Shown: in pieces, positions 35,773 through 45,341 of the stretch | Position numbering within the stretch: the stretch's first letter is position 1 | Layout of the letters: every line of letters begins with the position of its first letter | DNA from: Catajapyx aquilonaris | Taxonomy: Eukaryota | Direction: 5' to 3' | Assembly: GCA_000934665.2 (NCBI GenBank) | Contig: JYFJ02003183.1 | Location: forward strand, 1-45,341 | DNA length: 45,341 nucleotides | The notes under the pieces: model-generated | The model's input: the letters and a program-made list of their open reading frames with translations, nothing else | Told to the model about the DNA's origin: nothing | The model's database searches: none | Made by a program: the position numbers and the translations under genes

Positions 35773-36939
35773 AGTTATTGTACTGATCCAAAATAGTGTG
35801 AATTATTTTTCAGTCATAAACAACTACTTACAAATACAGCTACAGCAGCAAACAACTGCGGAGGTGGGTAAGATGCGGCAGCATGCGGTAAGGAACATTT
35901 TAGGTTCAATAGTTTTAATTGGTATGCTCTCTACTCTCTCTTCATCCATAAGTAATAATACGAACTTGGTCATTGTTATTGTTCAACAGGTATAATATTT
36001 TGACTCATATAGTTACTAGTACCCCATCCAATATATTTTTAACATTATTATGCCACGACGAGTTTCAGAATCAAGATTAATGAAAATTTGGCAGATATAT
36101 TACTACACTTAATTTCCATCAGGACCTGTTGCTTAGCTAATCTCATCGGGAAGTGATGGCAGCATGCAGGATTGCAAGCAGTGATGGCACCACCAACTTT
36201 GCAAGTGGCTCTCCAAGAAGCAGTGGCAGTACCCGAACTTAAAGCGGCTCTCCAAGAAGAGCTGGAAGTAGCAATTCAACCACAGGTGCAAAAGAATGTT
36301 AATGTGTATAATTATGCTGCAGACTAATACTAACACAATATATTGCTGACGACCAAAAACGGCAAAAAGGGGACAATCATCAGCCCAGCAGATTAGCAGC
36401 CAGCAGGCACCACTGCCGCCGCCGCCTTCGCACCCTCCTGCCATGTAGATTGTAGGTAATCTGTAATGATGAGGTATTTCCTTCGAAATGATAAATTATT
36501 GTTCATGATATACCGTAAGTATTTGATTCCTTCAGCGAAAATGGCATGCAAGCAAGTGTGATAGCGATCAAAGTAATGTGTATGAGGGCTATGACCATGT
36601 GATTTATTGAAACTGCGTTGGGTACGGAGAGTATTCATTCAAAGTACAAGGAATGCCGTATGTTCAAGAGTGAGTGTCGTTATTCTTTTGCAGGTTCGGA
36701 CTGTGAATTGTTCATGTGTAGACTGTATTCTGCAGACTATGCTGCGAATGAGATGAATGCAAACTTACGTTTCCAGTTATTCCAGTTATTACAACAATTT
36801 TAACAAAACCATACCATAATTACCTGCATGTACCTTTTAAAACTCCTATAAGCACATGTATAGATTTACGTTCTTCATTCCTGACGATGCGTTTCTGCGA
36901 GAATAATTGACTCATTCAGAGCGACACAGCCAAGTTTTC

Positions 36940-37230
36940 AACAAAGTTGCAGAAACCGCGGACTCTCATTTTCTGAAGGAAGGAGTGATCCCATGAGATG
37001 GTAAATTTGCCCTTGCACTTTGAATGTAGGCATGAAGCCCCCTTAACTCTAACAACGTTGGCCCCAAAAGATGTCATCTGGAAGGCCGAATTGTAATTTC
37101 TGATGGCCTTCAGGAAATGTTTTGAATCAGGTGATGTGCCTATAAGAGGAGCATTTTAAGTAGCTGTGGAGGCTCAGCCAGGAGAGGAAGGCTAACCTTT
37201 CCAATGGAGCAACAGATCGTCTGTGGTCTG
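36940..37230 (-). mobile_element. Helitron RepHel N-terminal coding remnant (frameshifted)
   Basis: Manual translation across two frameshifts gives ICCSIGKVSLPLLAEPPQLLKMLL / GTSPDSKHFLKAIRNYNSAFQMTSFGA / GFMPTFKVQGQIYHLMGSLLPSENESPRFLQL, motifs typical of animal Helitron RepHel. Not shown in the ORF track. Confidence 0.8.
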
Positions 37231-37254
37231 GAGACGATTGTCTCATTCGTATCG

Positions 37255-37660
37255 CTGGTTCATACCGGTGATTCTGTTGGCAATAATATTGTTCCTCATG
37301 AAGTTGTGTGAGGCAGAGAGAGAGAGATACAGAGCAATAATTTATTCTAATTTACAAGAAAGAGATAAAGCCAGATTGGATTTATTATAAATGTTATTTG
37401 TGCGCCATCCAATGAGCGATTGTGTGGGGAATTCCCTGTGATAAGTTTTTTTTTCCATCTTCTTTTTTCTTTTTTCTTCTTGCTGCATGAATATGAGTGT
37501 TGAGGATTGCACAATATAGACGAAACAGAAAAGACGTACCCGTCCAGGCCACCAAGCTTGCAGGAGAAAGAGGTGACAAAATTCTCGGCTCATTATTGTC
37601 TGCTGGGCAGCCAACATCTTATCCAGTTAAAGCAGGTTAAAGTCACTGTTTTGGGTAAGT
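37255..37660 (+). promoter_or_regulatory. Promoter remnant/first exon of cassette 7
   Basis: CTGGTTCATACCGGT, TTTATTCTAATTTACA and TGCGCCATCCAATG are shared with 42549-42886. GTAAGT donor at 37655 is followed by the same intron start as at 5044 and 24436. Confidence 0.55.
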
Positions 37661-38151
37661 GGAGAATATAAGTTCAGAGAATGAAGGGCAATATCGGTAT
37701 GCTTAATTTTGTCTGGTGGGTGGGCATCAAGCTCGTAGACTACAACTTACTATCCAGTATTTACCATCATGGTGTAGGTCAATAATGTGTGCGCGCAAGT
37801 AATCCATGTTTTATTTCGTCCCATTTTTGGTGTCAACTTACTGTACTGTACCACTTCGTTATTAACCCAGATATGCCCGGAAAAGTTTTTGTTGAATTTT
37901 TGAACTTTCTTTGTTTCTATTAGTTCATATTAGTTCCTGTGCAAAACACAAAAATCGAGATAAAACATTTTTCTGAACTCTTATTGTTTGCGAGAAAATG
38001 GCCATTCCCTATAATTACGGGATGCTAGGAAAATGTAACCTTATAGTATGGTAATTGTGTAGACTGGTGTAGATATGTAGATTGACCCAATCATAATAAT
38101 TAGTGAGTGGGCGGAGACGGATATTATAGGCAACTCTTCTGTTTCCTGCAG

Positions 38152-38731
38152 TGAACCTACAGCAAACTTCAAGAAGATTATGCCAAAGTTATGGCAGCAT
38201 TATTGTTATGGTGTGCCCGAGTGGGGCGAGTTGCCTGATAGTCCTTTGGCCAACTCCGCCATTCTCAAACCAAAAACCCCATCTGCCCTGCCCAAGTCAA
38301 CCACAGGCGGAGGGGGGCAAGACAGAGGGGCCCTCTCACAGCAGGCACATCACTCAGGAGGAGGCTGGCGCCAAAATCCCCTGGACCAAATTCCAATATG
38401 GCAGGTGTGCTGATGTGTTAACACATCAGCACACCTGCCATCCTGAAATGTGGTTTCTCCAACCAGGGACCATCATTGCCTGCAGCAGTCGTGATGCAGA
38501 CAGAGCCTCCAAATCATATCAAACAGGCCACCGTGGACAAATCAAAGGAGGTAAGGGCCAAGGACAAGAACCCCAACAAAGAGGAGGTGGTGAAGAAGAG
38601 TGAGGAACATCTGCTGGACAACAAAAAACCTGAGGAATCCCTCATCACCTGCTTCCGGGAGCTCACGGTTCCTGAGAGGCTCATACCAGATGTGCTCACT
38701 TTCATTAGGAGCAAGACACCTGGTAAGAGTG
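38152..38731 (+). CDS. eIF4G2: eIF4G2/DAP5/NAT1-like gene fragment (MIF4G-MA3 linker and MA3 start), two exons
   Basis: Exons 38152-38404 and 38467-38722/38731 joined by a 62-nt phase-0 GT-AG intron. Peptide ..NFKKI..PLANSAILKPKTP..EPP..IKQATVDK..KDKNPNKEEVVKK..FRELTVPERLIPDVL resembles eIF4G2 (PRFSKK..SLRPA..PSKEELLK..VREMRAPKHFLPEML) from recall. The fragment may be non-functional. Confidence 0.6.
38398..38441. repeat. Perfect 44-bp palindrome
   Basis: ATGGCAGGTGTGCTGATGTGTT|AACACATCAGCACACCTGCCAT is self-complementary with no spacer. Confidence 0.95.
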
Positions 38732-40037
38732 GTTAGTGCAGCCAAATATTGTTGCTCAGTTATTTTTACAAGCATTTCAGTTGTTTGCTGTGTGTACAGT
38801 ACACAGTTGGGGCTGCCACAATAAGATAAGTGCTGTGTTGTACTTTCAACTAACACAGTAATAGTCTCTGAATTCTTCTTGCTTGTTAGATTGCAACTGA
38901 ATTCAGTACACAGGCATTCTCTAAGTAATGTTTATTTATTACTGGACCAGCCTGTACGTTGATCCAAATCCTCAATTGTTTTAAAAATGCATTAAGTCGT
39001 GTTTACATGTGAGCGATTTGATCAGCTATGTCATCTCAGAGCGATGAATCCAATTGTCTGGGGCAAAAATCGATTGTTACTTTCGCCCCAAACACTTGGA
39101 TTCATCGCCCGGCAAATTGATGCTCACATATAAACACATTTATATGTTCATTACATGGCTTTTAATTAAATCCCATTTTCTAATCACATGGAGGTTCAAA
39201 TATATGATCAACATAATATATGAGTGACCTATCAAAATGCCATGTGAAATTGCCGAAGTTAACTTGCGTAATTTTGTCTTAGAAAATCTCGATAGAGGTT
39301 GCAATAAGAATTTGCAATGGTGACTTTATATGGAAAAACCTGGGTAACTAGCCTATATCCACTTGTACTTAAGTTTGCAGACACTTGAAACGACTATTAG
39401 CCTACAATTTGACACTCTCTGGTCAAAACATGTGCTGCATAATTATGTACTTAATTATGCCTGTGATGCATCGTTTCTGTGCATACAATTTCATTACACT
39501 TTCATTAAAGTGTGTAGTAACAAGGTCATGAAATATATGACTCCCTTGCTCAAGGTAACCCTAGAATTTTCCAATCATGAGGGTCAGTACAAGTACCTTA
39601 GCATGCAGTGAAGCAAATTCAGAAAAATGCTCGGTATAGCCATAATTATATCCTCAGATATTTTTTCATAATTTTGCGCAAGTGCAATTCACTTTTGACA
39701 GCGTCTGGGAGCTGAATATGATGGTACTGTTAAACAACCTGATGAAATGAATGACAACTTTATCTTGTATTAACCCGATGTAATTTATTATTGACTAAAC
39801 CACCCACTGTGGTGCCCTCAGGAAATCCTTTGTTGTGGTTGCATGACTTGTTGACCAAGTTTTGTCTTTAATGCATGATCTTGCTGAAAAAAAGGGATAC
39901 TTCGGCAGTAAGGTACTTGGTTGATTCATGTAGGATTGCATTATATTTGCACCTGCATTTCACTTGTAGATCCTTTAAGCAGGAATTAAGTGTCGTCCTC
40001 ACCATATACTGCCTTCTTTTCAGAAGCATGTGTGAAA

Positions 40038-41075
40038 ATGGCTGAGCCACTTGGACAGCACATTGTCACTACTTCAGAAGTGCAGCCAATTTTCTTCCAG
40101 TGGTCTATCCAGAACTACATCTTTTTCAAAACTAGAGCTAAGATTAGCTCTGATCCATTCACCACTGGTGATTCTGTGACTCCTACGAGTCCTACCACAT
40201 GGATGATTGAAATTATTGGCCAAAGTAGTAATAGGCAGAGCCTTGGGGCAAACCTGACTTACCTTCCACGTCGCAAACCTGCAGATGATTTCCCAATAAA
40301 AGCCAGATTTACTCTCAGGATTGAGAGCGAATTAAAGAAAGTTTTCGCTTGGGATTCAGGGCTGGTTGAGTTTTCTGCAGATAAATTGACTCATGGCGGT
40401 GATCTTATAACCTTCACAGACTTGGAAGCTAATGAAGCAGCCCTGCTTCCAAATGATACCCTCACCATTGCTTGCAAAGGAAAGATTATGTGTGGATTTC
40501 GCAGTGGGCCCCAAGAGGCTCCTATTGACATTGAGATTGATGGTCCTGGATTATCCACCGACATTAAGAATCTCTTCAAGTCTAGCATAGGTAGCGATAT
40601 GAAGTTGATGGCAGGAGAATTTGCGATTCCTGTTCACAAGGTCATTTTGATTGCTCGGAGCCCTCCGTTTGAAGCCATGTTTGAAGAAGACACACCAGAG
40701 AATAATGCAAGTGCAGTAGTTATCATCAAGGATGTGAAGCCAGAGGTACTGGAAAGTCTGATTTACTTCTTGTACACTGATGAACCACCCCCAGCTCTGC
40801 CCAAAATGACCTTGGAGCTTGCTGCAGCTGCACAAAGGTATATGCTTCCCCGCCTCCAGTTGATGTGTGAGAAGCACCTTGCAAATACTCTCACCGTAGA
40901 CAATGTTATTGACACGTTGGGTGCTTGCCTTACCTGCAACTACTCTAACAAACTGAAGGAGGCCTGCTTGCAGTTTGCCAAGTCAAACTTGAATGAGGTA
41001 AAAGGAAGCGAGTCCTGGAAAGCAGGCCCCGCTGTGGAAGTTGTCACTGCTCTTTTTGAGTTCTGTACTGTGTAG
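40038..41075 (+). CDS. MATH-BTB protein, copy G7, 345 aa, clade B
   Basis: Intact paralog of G4/G6. Acceptor ends at 40023; ATG at 40038 by alignment. Confidence 0.92.
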   Translation: MAEPLGQHIVTTSEVQPIFFQWSIQNYIFFKTRAKISSDPFTTGDSVTPTSPTTWMIEIIGQSSNRQSLGANLTYLPRRKPADDFPIKARFTLRIESELKKVFAWDSGLVEFSADKLTHGGDLITFTDLEANEAALLPNDTLTIACKGKIMCGFRSGPQEAPIDIEIDGPGLSTDIKNLFKSSIGSDMKLMAGEFAIPVHKVILIARSPPFEAMFEEDTPENNASAVVIIKDVKPEVLESLIYFLYTDEPPPALPKMTLELAAAAQRYMLPRLQLMCEKHLANTLTVDNVIDTLGACLTCNYSNKLKEACLQFAKSNLNEVKGSESWKAGPAVEVVTALFEFCTV

Positions 41076-41800
41076 CATGACATCTAGACGAGTTGGCTCA
41101 AGGCAAGTTTGTGTTTGGTCTGCTGTATGTTTTTTTCCATCCTTCCTTTTGTGGTGAAGTGTGGACAGGAGGGCTGGAAAAACACAGAAAGCCATGCAAA
41201 CTTAACTTGTGAGATGGCACTATACAGATTCCAGCAGGTCAGTGTGATCTCTAATTGTCATTTTGATGTTCATTCAGAGTTTTCTTCTTATTTTTGCGTT
41301 ATTAACTACCCCACTAGGTATTGTAGACCTTACGTTTGGAAGAAACTGTTGGGGACGTATGTCATTCAGATGTAATGTATGCTGGAGATCTCTCAAGGGA
41401 CATTTTTATTCCATGCTGCTTACATAATTTTGTGTGAGTCTTACATAATGCAAATGCTCACTCCCTATATATTAGTGGTCTACTTATTTTGATTTTGTGT
41501 TTTTTTTAGGTGAGAATTTTACAGTCATTGTCCAGACATGCATTTCTGGTGGACTTTATTCCAAATGAGGTAATTAATTTTCAGTTTTTCACTAATGTTC
41601 GGTATTCAGGTCAATTATAGTAGGAATTTGTTACAGTTGCTTATTTTTTCCCTTTTAATTTTAATTTTGCACCTCCCTGTCTTACACATGAGATTAAGCT
41701 ATATCCAAAACAGTGTCCTTTTCCAAATATTGTATGTCTCTCCACTGGATTTTTAAGTGTCGACTAGCATGCAGTACCCTCCAGCTAGCTGCTAGATCAT

Positions 41801-41806
41801 AATAAA
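41801..41806 (+). terminator. Putative polyadenylation signal of G7
   Basis: AATAAAGTTACTGAACTGATCCAAAACAGT, conserved context. Confidence 0.6.
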
Positions 41807-42495
41807 GTTACTGAACTGATCCAAAACAGTAGGCTACTACTTAGTTGTTTGTCTGTCATAATAAACAACTAGTTACCTATGCGGATACAGCAGCAAACAC
41901 ATGCGACTAGTGATTTTAAGAGCGATGACATCGCTGAGTAACCGGAGTAACCAATATTGTTTGAGGCGAAAGAACGCTCTTCCTCAAGCAATACTGGTCA
42001 CTTGGGTTACTGAGCAATGTGATAGCTAGTCAATAAATCACTCACGTGTAAACACGGCTATATAAGGTGGCTAAGATGCTAAGGGACATTCTAAGTGCCG
42101 GAGATTAAAATTGCATATATGTGCTCCCTCGTCCATGTATAAACTGGATATAGTGTCATACATTGATCATCAATCAATAATCTTTTTTTTTGTGGACTAT
42201 AATACTATCACCACATCCTGTTTGTAACGTTATTGTGTCGCATGAGTTTCAGAATCGAGATTAAATGAAAGTCTGGCAGAATAAGCTCCAATTTCTAGGC
42301 AATTTCTTTTGAGCAGGACTACCTGTCGGCGCTGTCGCCTAATCTTGAAACCTGTCGAGGAGTTATAGATACACCGGATACACCAGTGGAAACCTCATTT
42401 AGCGAGCGTCAAATATTTATACGTAATACCACTGCCCTCCGATTGTGAAGGCGAGGCGAAAGTTCGCAAAAATATCCCGTCACTAAGGACCATAA

Positions 42496-42886
42496 TGTGA
42501 GCCACCCTGTAGAGGACGCATTCTGATCCACGCCTCACTCGTAGTCACTGGTTCATTCCGGTCCGTCCTTCATCCGCATTCCGTCAGTCCAGGTGTTCCC
42601 AACTGTGATTCTGTTGGCACCGGTGCAGTGATGCAACGTGATTATATTTATTCTAATTTACAGTAAGTAAAATAATCACGGATTTGGATCACACTTAAAA
42701 TGAATGTCATTCTGCGCCATCCAATGGGAATATTTTCAGTTGATTGCAGGGATGACTCAAAGCGTCAAAGGCCTCTGCCGCGTCACTCACTTTCCCTTCA
42801 AGCAGGCTGAAAAGTGGACAAAGAGGAAACAATCCGACTGGCCACGCAACTTATCCTAGATTCAGTCAGTGTTTTATTGGGTAAGT
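42496..42886 (+). promoter_or_regulatory. Promoter/first-exon block of an eighth cassette (cargo not in window)
   Basis: TGTGAGCCACCCTGTAGAGGACGCATTCTGATCCACGC...CTGGTTCATTCCGGTCCG, with GTAAGT donor at 42881. Confidence 0.6.
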
Positions 42887-44035
42887 GCTTAAGAAGAAAA
42901 AAACTGGATGATAAACTCCAGTCTGCTCACTTACAACTTGTCTGGTGTGCACATGCTAGGAGTTACGGTGCAGCACGATGAGCAGTACAAAGCATGGTGT
43001 ACATCAATAGTGTGGTTGTAGTGCTACCACATACCACATGGCCTGCTTATTGCTGCGGTTTCAGAATACAACTTTTCATCCATCTATAGATCATAATTGG
43101 ACCCACTTCCACTTGCCCGACCATCAAAACAGTATGGGCGTAATAAGCTTTCCAGGTGCTGTTGAGAAGGTGCATTAATTAATTTAATGCAAAAGTAGGG
43201 TGTACCTGAGCAAATGGGCAATACTCTGTACAAAAGGTGTGGGGGTTTTGGAGCATGTAGGGGTTTTCTTGAAGATGTAGTGTGACTCTGAGAATGTTTT
43301 GCTTATAAACACATGGCCTGTAGCATATGGTCAGGAATTACATATGATCATGGAGTGGCAGAGTTCCAGGGGAAAAATATACGCCCGGTATTAAATGTGA
43401 TGACACAAGCAATGAAAGTTAATGAAATAAGCAGGCAAGAGGTCTGTCGCAATATGTATGTGCAGTGATATATACTGGTGGTAGAGCGGTTCATTGATGT
43501 ACATTTTGCTCATCATGAGCTTGGATAGTGTCTGTGGCCTGAAAACGAAGATGTTGACACTGTAGATATTGGAGGGGTTGCAAGAGTGTTGCCTCAGCAT
43601 ATGGCAGACAGACAAAGGAACTCGGTTCACTTACGAAGTCAGTTTCATGGAGTCAGTATTGAATGAAATATACATTGCTTGACCACAGTGATGTTACAAA
43701 ATCACAATTTTTGAGTTGTACAGTGTTGGTCATAAATTGAGGCATATTGCTAGCGACAATTTCAGAAGCGGGAGAAGAAGGAATCGAAGATAAATATTTT
43801 TTAGCTTATTTATTTATTTATTTTATTACCCCGTAACAGGGCAGAGCCCTTTTGGGGGGACACTTTTGACATCACAATGTACGTACAGACGCTCAAAAAT
43901 ACATCCGCTTCCCGACATTATCAAAAAAATTGAATAAGCGGTATAGCACCTCGTTTGGCAAGTATTCAAAAAGTAGGTGGGTTTTATCGGGCGGGAAAAC
44001 ATTCAGATCCGAGAGCACCAATTGGTCCTGTTTAA

Positions 44036-44037
<2 letters not shown>

Positions 44038-44115
<78 letters not shown>
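44038..44115. repeat. (TAT)26 microsatellite
   Basis: Perfect trinucleotide run. Confidence 0.97.
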
Positions 44116-44424
44116 GAGAAACGGTGACAGATGAAGTAGAAGTGGGTTCATCTGCTGTGCGCTGGCAGTGCCAAGAATGTCATCCATAAGGACCAATGCG
44201 ATCGTTGAGGTTTTGCTAATGTTGGAATAAAACGGAGGTGAACAACATGAGAGAGGCAGTTTCAATGAAAGTACCTAGTCTTGCCATAAATTCTGTCCCA
44301 CATATAAATAGGGTTGTAACTATGCAGATACCTGCAACTCCCCAATTTTTATTTCCGGGCATGATAAGCAGGTCCTTAGGTACTGATAAAAAGTCACATC
44401 ATGTCAGGGAGTCGAAGGGTGAAC

Positions 44425-45075
44425 ATGGAATTGGGCCTCAAAGGAAGCCGTGTGGCAGTGATTGCACTGCACAAGTGCAGGAAATCACCAAGTGAGATTT
44501 TCAAGCTCCGGAAGCTGCTGCAAATATCGAAGAAATTTGTTCATCGTACCATCAAAAGATACAATCAACTGTCCTCTCTGGATGACAGACCAAGAGCTGG
44601 TCGTCCGCGTGTATCAAGAACGCCAGCAGCTGTTAAAGCAGTTGGCGAGAGAATTTGCAGAAATCCTCTCCGCAAACAGAAGATAATGGCAAGAGAGATG
44701 AAGATTCCGACAAGAACCATGTCTCGCATCATCAAAGAAGACCTGAGGTTTGGGGCTTACCGGAGAAGTACAGGACACCGACTTACAGCAGCTTTACGGA
44801 ACATCAGGGCAACCAGATCGAAAAGGTTGTTGGAGCAGCACGCAAACGGAGGGCACCGCAAAATCCTGTTTTCAGACAAGAAAATTTTTACGATAGAGGA
44901 AAAATTAAATCGTCAAAATGACGGAGTGTATGCACACAACTCCCAAGAAGCTGCTAAGAAGATTTCCAAGGTGGAGAGAGGTCATCATCCAGCATCAGTG
45001 ATGGTTTGGTGGGGAGTGTCCTACGATGGAGTCACAAAACTGCATTTTTGTGAAAAAGGAGTGAAAACTAAGGCT
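44425..45075 (+). mobile_element. Truncated Tc1/mariner transposase, maT (DD37D)/Bmmar1-like
   Basis: RVAVIALHK, GRPRVSRT, RNPLRKQKIMAREMKI, GGHRKILFSD, RGHHPASVMVWWGVSY, FCEKGVKT. Homology stops before the second catalytic Asp. Confidence 0.9.
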
Positions 45076-45341
45076 TGGGTGCAGTTTAGAGCCGCAAAAA
45101 TCTTGCAGGTTTCTATACATTTTCTGAATCTACTCGATGAGCTGAGTCTAATGACACTATTCCTTGTGTGCGGAAATGTGTGGTTCAAGAGTAATTGAAT
45201 TTTGAAATTGCATGTAATAACAATGAATAAAATGAAAGTAAACAAGTGTTCCTTTGTTGAGACTGTTCACTCCCATTGTTGCGTCAGGTGATTCTCCGTG
45301 GAAACGTGCTGTGAGGGATGCTGAATGATGTAAATAAACGG

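Noticed and set aside
38151..38603. 150-aa ORF in the track
   Set aside because: Alternate frame. The eIF4G2-like similarity and splice phases support the 38180 and 38476 frames.
42960..44030. Possible degenerate minus-strand LINE fragments (RT C-terminus/RNase H-like, A-rich tail near 43810)
   Set aside because: Only faint motif hints; family and boundaries cannot be supported without a search.
43930..44265. Poly-Tyr and poly-Ile ORFs
   Set aside because: Translation of the (TAT)n microsatellite.
1..45341. CRISPR array or prokaryotic operon/defence system
   Set aside because: No regularly spaced short repeats or prokaryotic genes. Spliceosomal introns and eukaryotic TEs dominate.

Overview
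Eukaryotic DNA, most likely arthropod/insect (short GT-AG introns, MEP-1 and Bmmar1-like sequences); the species cannot be determined from the sequence. The window is a + strand tandem array of at least eight copies of one cassette: promoter-like block, non-coding leader exons, a single-exon SPOP/roadkill-like MATH-BTB CDS, and a 3'UTR. There are five intact MATH-BTB genes (2377, 14082, 21823, 34064, 40038), one frameshifted copy (7515), one decayed copy with the BTB deleted (30260), and an eighth promoter at about 42.5 kb whose cargo lies beyond the window. The genes form two clades: one keeps the canonical WGF substrate-groove motif and one has lost it. Two cassettes carry unrelated host-gene cargo. 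A six-exon, about 1,140-aa MEP-1-like zinc-finger gene (24640-28619) lies inside the leader of the decayed copy, downstream of its promoter and first exon. eIF4G2/DAP5/NAT1-like exons (38152-38731) lie in the leader of the last MATH-BTB gene and could splice in frame to it. One copy has a new ~100-bp-arm hairpin in its 3'UTR. The introns hold many nested TIR elements (hAT, piggyBac-, Tc1/pogo-, Harbinger- and Academ-like), plus a Helitron RepHel remnant, a SINE and a truncated maT/Bmmar1-like transposase. Family assignments come from recalled motifs, not database searches; expression and function are unverified.
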